A DNA stretch of 63,791 nucleotides, counting the filler, from Octopus bimaculoides (lineage: Eukaryota): the NCBI RefSeq assembly GCF_001194135.2. It is 8 parts of 8 records of this genome, joined end to end, with 100 filler letters (N's around TTAATTAATTAA, not from the genome) between each part and the next. Parts side by side here need not be neighbours in the genome. Positions count along the whole stretch, not along the records: positions 29,011 to 51,046 come from NC_068982.1; 7 more parts are not named here. One strand, written 5' to 3'. This document shows positions 37,520 through 49,824 of this stretch, one piece after another. Position numbers and translations under genes: made by a program. The notes beneath the pieces are model-generated. The model was not told the origin of the DNA and made no database searches. It saw nothing but the letters and a program-made list of their open reading frames with translations. Each line of letters opens with the position of its first letter. The first letter of the stretch is position 1.

Positions 37520-37960
37520 ACACCAAGTTTCCTTGGACAGCTCTAGCAGGGGAAGAGGTTGGTAAAAAAAACCAAACTTGCTTCAGTTTTCATACCTATT
37601 CTCATTTATGGTCATAAATGCTGGGTAATGATTAAAGAATATGACTCTAGAGTGGAATTACTTGACATGGTATGTAGCTCAGGGATCAGGGAGTCACTTC
37701 AGGCTGAGCTGCTACTTCTCTGCATTGAGAGGCTATAGTTACAGTACTGTGAACGTGTGGTTAGAATGTCACAGGAAAGGATTGCAAAACAAATTCTTCA
37801 AGCCAAGCAGGAGACCTAAGGGTAGACCAAGAACGATAATATCCATAGTCTCAATTGGTTACTCTTGGGAATCCAGCTGGAAAGTGTAATGATGGCTGCT
37901 TCTGACAGGATTCTATGGAGGTGGAGTCTGACGACTCTACTCCAGCAACCCTCCCAGGAC
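37520..37960 (+). mobile_element. RTE-type LINE ORF2 3' fragment
   Basis: KTKLASVFIPILIYGHKCWVM and RMSQERIAKQIL..GRPRT motifs in shifting frames. Confidence 0.7.
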
Positions 37961-38261
37961 CACTGGGCAGAGAAAATGGATAGATGGATGATAAAGATTA
38001 TGGGACTTAGTTCAAGATAATTTACTAGATGATTAGCATTCAAACTATTTATGAAGCAAAATACATATTTGGATGATTCATGAAAAATAATTTAAATTTA
38101 AAGAAATTGATAATTTATTTTACCATTATAAAACAATGTTTCATGCTTTTCTTTCCTTTTATAATGAAGAATTTTCATTTTCCTACTTATGTATTTTCAT
38201 TTTGCTTCCATTCAGGTCCCATCTTTATAAAGTACAGATTCCAAGATTCCTGTCAAATCAC

Positions 38262-38296
38262 CATAAATTTCCAACATGCAACAAAAAACATTCAGT
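38262..38296 (-). CDS. Host gene small exon, 35 nt, (L)LNVFCCMLEIY
   Basis: Acceptor gttggtcag, weak donor GTGATT; converts phase 2 to phase 1 exactly as the neighbouring exons require. Confidence 0.5.
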
Positions 38297-38749
38297 CTGA
38301 CCAACATTTTTCAAAAAATGAAATATTCTTATATTGATGAAATTTTTTTATTTAATATTCTATTTTTTAGTTCATATTTTTACAGCTACATTAATCTTAA
38401 AAACTGGGGCCAATGAAATTACTTTGTTATCTCATAAATAATAAGGTTATCTAAATTTATATCTTGAAACAGCAACATGGAACAATGGAATTATTCTCCA
38501 TAGTTTTAAAACAGTCAATTATTTCTCTAGGGAAACCAAACTTATTGGTGTAAAAATACATACTAAACCTACCCACCTCTTTCTCTCTCTTTCCACTTCT
38601 CTCTTCTCTCTTACTCCTCTCTTTCTCTCTCCCCCTCTCTCTCTTCATGTACCATATCTACAAGAACTCCATGCCAAAGTTTGAAAATACATGATTTTTC
38701 TTGGGAAAGATACTGCAGATCCCAGAGTATATAAACCAGCCTTCTGCTG

Positions 38750-39070
38750 GTGATCTAAATTAAGGCCTTGCATTAAAGTTTCATACTAATTTATGTTCCA
38801 GAGACCAACTTTAATGACAAAATTATTTTATTAAATTCTTCATTATTTTCAAAATTAATTGAAACAAAAACATTGTATTTCAACAGAAGTATCATAACAA
38901 AAGGGTTAAAGTGATCTAAATAAAAAACCTTCCATCAGATTTTTCTGTTGACTTCCATTCCAAACACTTGATTTATAATTATAGTTATTTCATTAATTCT
39001 TCATTATTTTCAAAATTAATTGAAACAAAAACTGCATTTGTCAACAGAAATATGGTAACAAAAGGGTTAA
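38750..39070 (-). mobile_element. Tandem dimer of truncated P1 MITE (38750-38909 and 38911-39070)
   Basis: Both units start at GTGATCTAAA and end AACAAAAGGGTTAA. Confidence 0.8.
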
Positions 39071-39174
39071 AGATGTTTTCCTTTGAAAATTCTTGTTCAC
39101 ATCTGCTTGTGTATTTATCCTTCAGACATTGATCTATATAGATTTAAGCTTAACACCAATCATGATAAACTCAC

Positions 39175-39219
39175 AGTCTTAGAGAGTCTAAAAATACCAT
39201 AAGCATTGACCCTCCTCTT
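39175..39219 (-). CDS. Host gene exon, 45 nt, (K)RGGSMLMVFLDSLR
   Basis: Acceptor tttctgctgtttcag, donor GTGAGT; phase 2-2. Confidence 0.75.
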
Positions 39220-39478
39220 CTGAAACAGCAGAAATAACTGACAGGGTGAATATTATGAAGAACAAGTGTTGAGAGATGGCAAGTAGTCAAGGTAGGGATG
39301 TGGGAAGGGTAGGTGACAACTGTAAAAATATAATTACAGTTGACTTCAAACATGGCACACTGACATAACACAGAGGAATATTAACACAGCATCAAACAAC
39401 TAAAGAAAATATTAAAGAAAACCAGAAACTGAGCAGATGCGCGACATTGTAATCCTCCTCCTCCTCCTCGTTTCATAC

Positions 39479-39595
39479 TTGCATCTTGACAGGATCTGAT
39501 GCGTCTGAAAACTGCATTGTGGTCTAATGTCTATTTTTCTATGGCTTCTGCAGCTGCATGTGCTTCCTAATGGATGCAGGAAGAGTAGGTGACAT
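39479..39595 (-). CDS. Host gene exon, 117 nt, CHLLFLHPLGSTCSCRSHRKIDIRPQCSFQTHQILSRC
   Basis: Acceptor aatttctacag, donor GTATGA; only the phase-2 frame is open. Confidence 0.75.
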
Positions 39596-40079
39596 CTGTA
39601 GAAATTGAGTTTGAGTGAATGGTTTGAGGGATGACTAGGGATACATGAGTTGGTGGGATATAGGGAATAGATGACTGACATGGCAAAAAACACGGGTGGG
39701 GTAATGATGTGTAGTAGAATAGTAATAATAATCCTTTCTACTAAAAGTATAAGGTCTCAGATTTTGGGGGAGGGGACTAGTCAATTACATCAACCCCAGT
39801 GTTTCATTGGTACTTAATTTATCAACCCCGAAAAGATGAAAGGCAAAGTCAAACTCTGTAGAATTTGAACTCAGAATGTAAAGACAGATGAAATGCCGCT
39901 AAGCATTTTTCACAACATGCTAATGGTTCTTCCAGCTTGCCACCTTAATAATAATAATGATAATAATAATTCTTTCTACTATAGACACAAGGCCTGAAAT
40001 TTTTATAGGGTGAATCTAGTTGATTCCATTAACCCTAGTGTTCAACTGGTACTTAGTTATTTTACTGATCCTAAAATGA

Positions 40080-40945
40080 AGGAAAAGCTAAGCTGATTTC
40101 ATACCCAGGTTGAACAGCATGATGGAAGCGCAGCAACTATTGAAAGTGAAATCAATGGCAAAGGAAAAAATGTTTGAACAATTGGCTGATAGATAGGAAC
40201 AAAAACCTCTGCATGGCAAATGTGTGTCACATAGCAAACAAGCTAATGTAGACCAGAAGCACAATTATCAGTGGCTATGGAGCTCAGGGCTATAGGTAGA
40301 AAGCAAAAGCTTTATCTTAGCTGCTCAAGATTAGAACTTATCAGCCTGTGACTACCAAGCCAATGTGAGGAAAAACAGACCCAAAGTGCCAATAGTGCAA
40401 CAATGGGTTTGAAACAGTGGACCACCTAATTTTTGGGTGTAGAGTTTTAGCACCTGTTGAGTATAAATCAAGACATGACAGAGTTGACCAATATCTACAC
40501 TGGTTAATATGTCGGCATTATAAAATCAAAGCTACTGACAAATGGTACAAGCACCGCATGGAGGCTGTAAGTGAGGGAGAAAATGTAATGATTCTTTGGG
40601 ACTTTCCAGTACATACAGACCAGACCATCAAAGCTAATAAACCAGATACTGTTGTGAAAGACCAAAACAATAAAGTCTGTCTATCGATTGACATGAGCAT
40701 ACCTTGTGATCATATCTCGGCAAAAGAATTTGATAAGTTCAGAAAATATAAAGATTTGCTGATTGAAATCGAAAAAATGTGGCATCCCAAAACAGTTGCA
40801 ATACCAGTGATTGTAGGAGCACTTGGAATGATCAAAACAGGAACTGAAAATTATTTGAGGATGACCCCTGGCTTACCATCCATGCAAAAGATTGTTTTAA
40901 CTGGTATGTTACACATATTGAGAAGAGCATTGTTGCTGTGAATTT
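40080..40945 (+). mobile_element. R4/Dong-type RLE LINE 3' fragment (intronic, antisense to host gene)
   Basis: KPLHG, ILAAQD, HLIFGC..LAPVEYKSRHDRV..YLHW, LWDFPVHTDQTIKANKPD, KYKDLLIEIEKMW, PVIVGALG. Confidence 0.9.
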
Positions 40946-41599
40946 TCTTTCCTTTTTTCCCCTTTTTTCTTTGATTTCTTTTTTCATTTCTTTTTCATAT
41001 TTAAAAATTTTCTTCCTCTTCCCTTTTCCTTTTTTTCTTCCCTTTTTTTTCCATCACGTGACTTTGTAAATGAGTCATCTGGTGTGTTTATTTTAATGAC
41101 CTACCAATGTGTACAGTGAGTTTCTTTGCCCTATGTGTCGGGATGGCAAAAAATGGAAATAAAACTGAAAGAAGAAGATGATGATGATGATGATGATGAT
41201 AATACTCATTATTATTATTTCTAATACAGGCACACATGGCTTGAAATTTGGAGAAAAGGGCCAATTGATTACTTCAATCTCAGTTCTGGGTTGGTACTTT
41301 ATTTTATCAATCCTGGAAGGACAAAAGGCAAAGTTGGCTCCAGTAAAACTTGAATTTAGAATATAAAAAAAAATAAAATAAAAAATATCACAAAGCATTT
41401 TTCTAATGCTTTAATGATTTTACCAGCTTGCTGACTTAATAATAGTTATTTTTAATACAGGCACAAGGCTTGAAATTTTGTGGGTGGGACAAGTTGATTA
41501 CATCAACCCCAATGCTTGGCGGGTACTTACTTTATCTACATAAAAAGGATGTAAAGCAAAGTCAACCTCAGAAAGAAAGAAAGGAAGAAAGAAAGAATA

Positions 41600-41605
41600 A
41601 ACGTT

Positions 41606-41654
<49 letters not shown>

Positions 41655-43310
41655 AAAGCCAGTCTTTTATTATTTGGGTAACCTACTGCTAACATAGATA
41701 CCTCTTAGTTCTGGTAAATAACCACATTAATTGTTTATAATAGAGAGAGAGATACTATATAATTGTTGATAGAGACAAAGAGAGAGAGAGAGAGAGAGAG
41801 AGACTAAATGATATAATATACATATTGTTCTTTGGTTGGATATTCCTTTACAAGTTCATTTTCCCAGTTCCAAACCATTTTGCAGTTGACTTGTTTCTTC
41901 AGTTATTGTTGCTATTATTCAATTGGCAGAGTCATTAGAATGTCAGATTGTTTGTTTTGAGGTAATCATTATAACTCTCTGCACTTGAGTTAATTCTTTT
42001 GAGGTCAATATATCTTTTAACAAACTCACTGGCTAATTGCAACACCAGCACCTGTTTTGGCACTATTTTTCTATATATTGTTGGCAGAGAGATGAGTTAC
42101 TGCTATCTCTAGCAGTCGAACATCTATCATTGATGAAACTAAGGAAGGTTGAAATCATGAGATCTGGTGGTCTTTGTGCTGGAGATGGCAAGGACTTATC
42201 TCCCTGCTAGCAATATAAACAAGAGTGTGTTTTGCACCAAAGGCTAATATGAGAGTTTCTCTTGTGGTATCTACTACAGTACAGTTTGTTCTAACAGAAC
42301 ATCCATGTTTAAGTGGGGATAAATATTACCTCTCAATAAAATACCAGTCCAGTACTGGGGATCAATTCTTCTCTTTCTCTAATATTTTCTTTCTTTTTCT
42401 ATCTCTCTTTCCCTAATCCTTTCTTTCTTTTTCTGTCTCTCTTTTTCTAATCCTTCTTTCTTTCTGTCTCTCTGACTTTCTCTCCCTTTCTGGAAGAGGA
42501 AATCATCTGCGGTCAGACCCAAAGAGGAGACAGGCTCTACCAAGTCTAGTGAGCCCTATAATACCACCAATAATTTGATGACATAGTGTGGCTGTAATTC
42601 TGGATAGAGGATTTTTAATAACAGTTTTTGTCACATGGCTCATTAGACTAAGGTAAAATAAATCTTTTATTAATTTAGATGATCAACATTGTTGCTCACA
42701 AATAAAAACATAGACGTATTTTTTAACCCTTTAGCATTCACCTTATTCTGTCAATTGTAATGCTTATTTATTCACATAGTTTTCAATTAATCATGCATAT
42801 CTTGTAGCTTCAAGATTTCAATGATGTGGTTGTTTATTTTTACAATGACATAACTGGACAAGTGTGAAATGCCAGATCTGGCCAGTTTGAATATAAAACA
42901 GGTACAATATTTTGGCCTACTATGGCCAGTTTGAATGTTAAAGAATTAAACAATTTGTTTCACTTTATACTGGAACTAAAACTTATTTATATATCATAGC
43001 AATAGGACATCACAATAATAAAGGACTTCCCCAGTCCCTCGCCTTTTTTCTTTCTCTCTCTATTTAGTCACTGCTTCACTCTTATTAAGCATCTCTCTCT
43101 CTCTAGTCTCTTTATATTATATTATTTATCGTCTCTCTCTCTCTTTTTTTTTCTATATAAACAATTATATAATATATCTGTCTCTATTATAAACAATTAA
43201 TGTGGTTATCTACCAGAATTAAAAGGTACCTATGTTAGCAGTGGATTACCCAAATAATAAAGGACGGGTTTACTCTCTCTCTCTCTCTCTCTCTCGTTCT
43301 CTACCGCTAT
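41600..43310. repeat. Long inverted repeat pair (arms about 41600-41820 and 43110-43310)
   Basis: TTTATTATTTGGGTAACCTACTGCTAACATAGATACC...CCACATTAATTGTTTATAATAGAGA is matched in reverse complement at 43170-43275. Confidence 0.85.
42723..42949 (+). mobile_element. piggyBac-like MITE, family P2
   Basis: TTAA|CCCTTTAGCATTCA ... TGAATGTTAAAGAA|TTAA; second copy at 49611-49824. Confidence 0.8.
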
Positions 43311-44481
43311 TATTTAGTCTCTCTCTTGCTCACTCCCTCTCCCTTTGTTTCACTTTCCCTCTATCATTTTGTCTCTCTCTCTCTCTCTCTCTTCACCACA
43401 GTCCATTTCTTTGTAGAAATATGAAGGTTTTTAAGTTATTGCATGCAAAAGCATGCATACAAGTGCTCATGCTCACAGACATTACACAAACCATAAATAC
43501 CACACACACACATACACACACACACACACATACTCACACACGCTCACACACACAGACATACACACTCACATGCATGTGCATGCACACACACATACACTAC
43601 TCTCACACTCTATCTCTCTCTCTCTCTCTCGCACATACACACACACGCACACACAGAGAAAAGTATGTTGCACATGCTCAAAAACCAAGAGTGTCAGCAG
43701 AAAAGAAAGAAAACAGTTAAAAAAAAACACACACAATCAATAAATAAACAAAAAGTGAATAAATCCATAAAAATATATAAATCTATAAATAAATAAAGGC
43801 ATAAAGCAAAATAATAATGCAAAAACATGTAGGAAATTTCAAGCAATAAAATATATTAAAAGAGAAAAAAAAGCCTTCCAAGAAAAAAAAAAACAAGACC
43901 AACTAAGAAATAAATGACAAAAAAAAAACTGAATAAAAGTGAAAAACCAAGTGCGAAAAGTAGTTGTTAGTAGAAAAACCAGTTTGTTGATGTGAGATAT
44001 GGGCTGTTGTTTCTGGTATAGTCTCTCTCTCTCTCTCTCTCTCTGACACACACACACATGCACACAGAGAGACATGCACACAGAGAGACATGCACACACT
44101 TACACACACATTTTCTCTCTCTCTATTCCTCTCTCTCTGCTGATGGTGGGTGTTCTGCAATGGTGACGCTATATACACTACTGTATACACCACTGTTTAC
44201 CTGAATCAATAACTAGGACAGATTTGTTGTTTATTTATGAATATGTATATATATGTATGTGTATGTGTGTATGTATATGTATGTATATACATATATGTGT
44301 GTGTGTGTATGTATGTATATATGTATATGTATATATATACATATATATGTGTTTATATATATATATAAACACATATATATGTATATATATATACACACAC
44401 GTATGTGTATGTGTATAGAATAACAAAAAATTGACTATAAATACCATTGTGTAGAGGAGGTCTGTTTTGGTTAAGTTCTTG

Positions 44482-44518
<37 letters not shown>

Positions 44519-44603
44519 TTACACATACAACTATATATTTATACATACATATATGTATATATATATAGAGAGAGAGAGAGACTCACACACATATATATAC
44601 ATA

Positions 44604-44680
44604 CAGGGTATCCATAAATTATCTTCACAACTTTTATACTTTTACACTTCAAATTGTAAAAGTAATTTATTAAGACCCTG
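44604..44680. mobile_element. Minimal Tc1/mariner MITE (77 bp)
   Basis: TA|CAGGGTATCCATAAATTA ... TAATTTATTAAGACCCTG|TA. Confidence 0.7.
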
Positions 44681-45202
44681 TATATCCATACATAATACAT
44701 AATTGTATATTCATTATATATATATATNNNNNNNNNNNNNNNNNNNNNNNNNNNNNNNNNNNNNNNNNNNNNNNNNNNNNNNNNNNNNNNNNNNNNNNNN
44801 NNNNNNNNNNNNNNNNNNNNNNNNNNNNNNNNNNNNNNNNNNNNNNNNNNNNNNNNNNNNNNNNNNNNNNNNNNNNNNNNNNNNNNNNNNNNNNNNNNNN
44901 NNNNNNNNNNNNNNNNNNNNNNNNNNNNNNNNNNNNNNNNNNNNNNNNNNNNNNNNNNNNNNNNNNNNNNNNNNNNNNNNNNNNNNNNNNNNNNNNNNNN
45001 NNNNNNNNNNNNNNNNNNNNNNNNNNNNNNNNNNNNNNNNNNNNNNNNNNNNNNNNNNNNNNNNNNNNNNNNNNNNNNNNNNNNNNNNNNNNNNNNNNNN
45101 NNNNNNNNNNNNNNNNAGTGTTGGAACTCTTTTAAACAAAATAATATATTCCTCTATACACAATCATACAAAACCCCTTTTTTTGTATTTATTTTTACTC
45201 GC

Positions 45203-45255
<53 letters not shown>

Positions 45256-45854
45256 CATACACACACATACTTATGTCCAAATGCATATACACAGCTGCCA
45301 GAGTAAAGTTAATTCTTCTTCCTCTCTGCCAACAATAATTCACATCATGAATATTAATTAGAAAGGAATAATTAAGCTGCTCTCATTAAACGATGTCCAC
45401 TTCCCTGTACCATGCTTCAATTGTGTGTGTTACTGAGGTATTTCCCTGACTAAATGATGTATAATATGACCGTGAGGTAAGTAGCTTGCTTGCCAACCAT
45501 ATGGTTCTGGGTTCAGTCCCATTGCATGGCACCTTAGGTAAGTGTCTTCTACTATAGCCTCAGAATGACCAAAGCCTTGTGAGTGGATTTAGTAGATGGA
45601 TGTTTGTGTGTGTGTGTGTGTGTGTGTGCTTGTCCTCCAACCATCTCCTGTCAGCCGATACTGGTGTGTTTATATCCCCATAACTTAGCGGTTCAGCAAA
45701 AGATACCGATCGAATAAGTACTAGGCTTACAAAGAATAAGACTTGAGGTCGATTTCTTCAACTAACATCCTTTAAGGCAGTGCTCCTGCATGCCCGCAGT
45801 CAAATGACTGAAGCAAGTAAAAGAATAAAAGAATATATATACATATATATATAT

Positions 45855-46012
45855 ATCATCATCATCATCATCGTTTAACGTCCGCTTTCCATGCTAGCAT
45901 GGGTTGGACGATTTGACTGAGGACTGGTGCAACCAGATGGCTACACCAGGCTCCAATCTAATTTGGCAGAGTTTCTACAGCTGGATGCCCTTCCTAACGC
46001 CAACCACTCAGA
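45855..46012 (-). mobile_element. Young RTE-tail element
   Basis: (CAT)n-CGTTTAACGTCCGCTTTCCATGCTAGCATGGGTTGGACG, near-identical to 50700-50810; CpGs retained. Confidence 0.85.
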
Positions 46013-46020
46013 GAGAGAGA

Positions 46021-46135
46021 ATATGAAGGTTTAAGTTCACCAGAAACGGCTGTAAAACTTCAAATTCTCCTTACCCTAATTAAATTATTCTAAATGACTT
46101 GAGATATTTGTTCTACCTTGGTTTTTGATTTTCCC

Positions 46136-46140
<5 letters not shown>
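46021..46140 (+). mobile_element. Penelope-type 3' tail with truncated hammerhead
   Basis: ATGAA GGT ttaagttc ACC a GAAAC GGCT GTA, followed about 85 nt later by (TA)n. Confidence 0.45.
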
Positions 46141-46175
<35 letters not shown>

Positions 46176-47157
46176 TGATGCACCTTAAATGGTGTGTGTA
46201 TGTGTCTACACAAACAGTCAACAAAAAGGGGTAAAACAGGAAAAAGTCAGCACTCCACCCACTACACATCTTAATAACTCCATTATGCTCATTATACTGA
46301 TATATGTTTGACATTCCAGAAGGAATATAAAACTCAACAATGAAAGTGTTTAGAGGATGTCTTAAGGCCCTATCCTCCTCCTCACCACCACCGCTGCTGT
46401 TGCCGCTGCCATCACCACCGCCACCACTACCGCTATCATCATCATCAACATTATCACTTTTCCTTATTTCCATGGGTTGAATGTAGTTTATTTTCAGGCA
46501 GATTTTCTACAGCTGGATGGTCTTTCCTGCTGCCCACCTTCACCTGTTTCCTAGCAAGTTAATATTTCCCAATAGTCAGACATATTATTGCTGAATATTG
46601 CTTGTATTATGGTGGCACATGTTTACAACTAACATGTGACATCAAGATAAGGTGACACAAATACACACACTCACACACAAGCATACATATGTAATAGGCT
46701 TGTTTCAGTTTCCTCTCTACTAAACCCACTCACAAGGTTTTGGTTAACCTAGGGCTATAGCAGAAAACACTCATCCAAGGTGCCATGCAATGGGATTGAA
46801 CAGAAAACCACATGATTGGGAAACAATCCTCTTAACCACACAACCGCACCAGTAAAACAAATCAAAAACACCCATCCCAAGTCACCAGAACTCTTCCCTT
46901 CTAAGGACCATCCTAACCCCATGTATCTATATACATATGTCTTAGTCTTCCATTGCCATGGCTACCTTCTGCTGTCACCCAGCTAACTTCAATGTACAAT
47001 ACTTAATGTAGCTGAGTAATTCATCTAAATTTACACATCAAAGACACAGAATTGTTAATGAGATTTTTAATGGTTTGTTGTTATCGTAATTGTTGTTGTT
47101 ATTGTCATTATTGTTATTGTAGTTTGGTAATACAACTGCTTGTATATGGAGCCTTAC

Positions 47158-47231
47158 TATTTGATGAAATCAAACAAACCAATGAGAATAAAGACAATGA
47201 AAGCAGCAATATCATTGGTGTTCAGTTGAAA
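47158..47231 (-). CDS. Host gene exon, 74 nt, FQLNTNDIAAFIVFILIGLFDFIK (hydrophobic helix)
   Basis: Acceptor aactatttttag, donor GTAAGG; only the phase-0 frame is open; in frame with 52983-53056. Confidence 0.7.
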
Positions 47232-47704
47232 CTAAAAATAGTTTGTGGATTTTAACATCCAGGACACTTGCAATGATAGAAAAAAGTCACAATTTTAATT
47301 AATTACACGATAATACTGACAATGAAAACTGCTAAGTAATATTTATGCTTAAACCAACATTAGCAAACGACATTCACATGTGTATTGAGAAAAGTGAGGG
47401 TAAAAGCTACAAACAGGAAAAAAAAGGGACACAGGTGTAACTGGAAGGTTAAGAAGCTTGTTTTGAAACCATGTGGTTCAGAATCAGTTCCACTGTTCTT
47501 TATCTTCGTCAAGTGTCTTCTACTATTGCTCCAGGCTAAGCAAAGCCTTGTGGTTATATTTGGTAGACCTACCGTAAGAAGCTTGTCATATATGTGTATG
47601 TGAGTGTCTGTGTGCATGTGCACACATGTATGTATATGTGCACGTGTGCACATTTGTGTGTTTGCGTGTGTATGTATGTGTGAGTATGCACGCACACTTT
47701 TGGT

Positions 47705-47915
47705 GGTGTGCTGGCAGAAACGTTAGCACGCTGGGTGAAATGCTTAGCGGTATTTCGTCTGCCGCTACGTTCTGAGTTCAAATTCCGCCGAGGTCGACTT
47801 TACCTTTCATCCTTTCGGGGTCGATTAAATAAGTACCAGTTACGCACTGGAGTCGATATAATCGACTTAATCCGTTTGTCTGTCCTTGTTTGTCCCCTCT
47901 GTGTTTAGCACACTT
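47705..47915 (+). mobile_element. Young SINE family B
   Basis: CpG-rich, near-identical to 1533-1738. Confidence 0.9.
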
Positions 47916-49610
47916 TTGTATGTGTGTATGTACATTAGTGTATGTGTGTATGCGCACATTTGTGTTTGTGTGTGTGCACATTTGTGTGCATGTGTGTGTT
48001 TGTGACTGTGTGTTTGTGTGTGCCACTGTCATGACATCATATGGTTATAAGCAAACCTCACCATCATCCAAGTGAGGTTGTTTGTTTCTGGTCTTCCATG
48101 GAATAAAATATCTGGCCAAGGGGAATCATTACCTTATTTAGAAATAGGTGAAGGTTGATGAAAGGAAGGCTAGAAATCATCGAAAGTCTGCCTCAAGGAA
48201 TTCATCTAACTTATGCAAACATGGACATTCAACAGGGATAATGATGATGATGATGATGATGATTTAAGACATAACAGTGATTCTCAGCCTTTCATGACAC
48301 AGTGCCCCACCACCTCCACCTTCACTAACTATCATTTTACAAACTCCACTCCACATGTTTTGAAACAAAAAAGTTATTTTAATCAAGTATAAATTAATTT
48401 TGCACCTTGCTCTTATTAGCTGTATGTTCTTATATTTATTGCAGCCACTTTGGGGCCCCTTTTCAAATATTTGCACCGACTAGTGTGCCTTACATTAAAT
48501 TTTTATAGAAATTATTGAAGAATATCCTCTTCCTTCTCCTCCTTCTCATTTTCCTCCTCCTCCTCCTCCTGTTAAGGATATGTTAAGGATACAAATATTG
48601 CTATATTATTTATTTTATTTCCAAGAAAAAAATCACATTCTTTTAAAACACTCATCACTACCTAAATTCTTCATTAATTTCAAAATAAATTGAAACAAAG
48701 ACTGAATTTCAACAGAAATATGGTAACAAAGGGGTTAAAGTGGTCTACATTAAAATTAAAATTTCATCTAAAATCTTTGATATTTTCAAAAGCAGTGTAT
48801 TTCAATAGAAATCTTGATAGGAAAATGAGTAGAATATTGAATATCATTAAAAAGACAGGACGGTCATGGATGGAAAGCCTTTAATCATAGGTCTGCTCGA
48901 TCAATGCTGATTTTCAGTTACGCAATAGCAACAGCAGCAACAATATTTTTTGACAAGATAAGCTGCCAACAGAAACTTGTTTATAAATGCCTGGTGTGAT
49001 AGTTAACAATGACTATATTGGTCACACCCATTAAATCACCAGACATCACACCACAAGCACCACCTCCACCACTACCACCACCACCACCACCACTACTACT
49101 ACTGTAATCATGGCCATGACAACTACAATAACTAGTTCACTGCCACCCCTGTATCACACATGGAAAACTAATTACTTCCAATACATAGCATTAAACCATA
49201 AAACATTTCTAACACCTTTTATAGAAGTACTATCCAAATGTAGCCATACAAAAGTTAAATCATATAAAATATTGCTAACTCATGTACATGCCCATCAAGG
49301 CCTCCATGTCCTCAACATGTATTACATACAACAGGAAACTTCTATGCAGCCCCTCAACCTGCTAGAAATAACTGACAGATCTCCTTTAAATCAAATCCTA
49401 TAGTCTCTTTTCAAGAAAAAAAGAAAACAAAAAAAAAGAAGCATTTGATAACGAGTACTCCTTGACTGATATACTGTGTTTGAATAAAAGCCAAGACGGT
49501 CAAGGCTGACGGTCTTTAAATATAGACCTGCTCGGTCACGGCTAATCTGGAGCTAAACAATAACAAGACAAACAATAATTCACAAGGAAATTTCTTAGGT
49601 CTGAAAAGTA

Positions 49611-49824
49611 TTAACCTTTTATCATTCCGATTACTCTGTCAAATGTAATGCTTATTCATTTACCTTGCTCTGAAGTAATCATGTATTGTCTCATAGCTTC
49701 AGGTTTTCAGTGATGTGACAGTTTGCTTTTAAACAGGTGTGAGAGGCTTGATCTAGCTGGTTTCAACATAAAATAGGGAGAATATTTGAGGCAGATATGG
49801 CTGATTTGAATGTGAAAGGGTTAA
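49611..49824 (+). mobile_element. piggyBac-like MITE, family P2
   Basis: TTAA|CCTTTTATCATTC ... TGAATGTGAAAGGG|TTAA. Confidence 0.75.
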
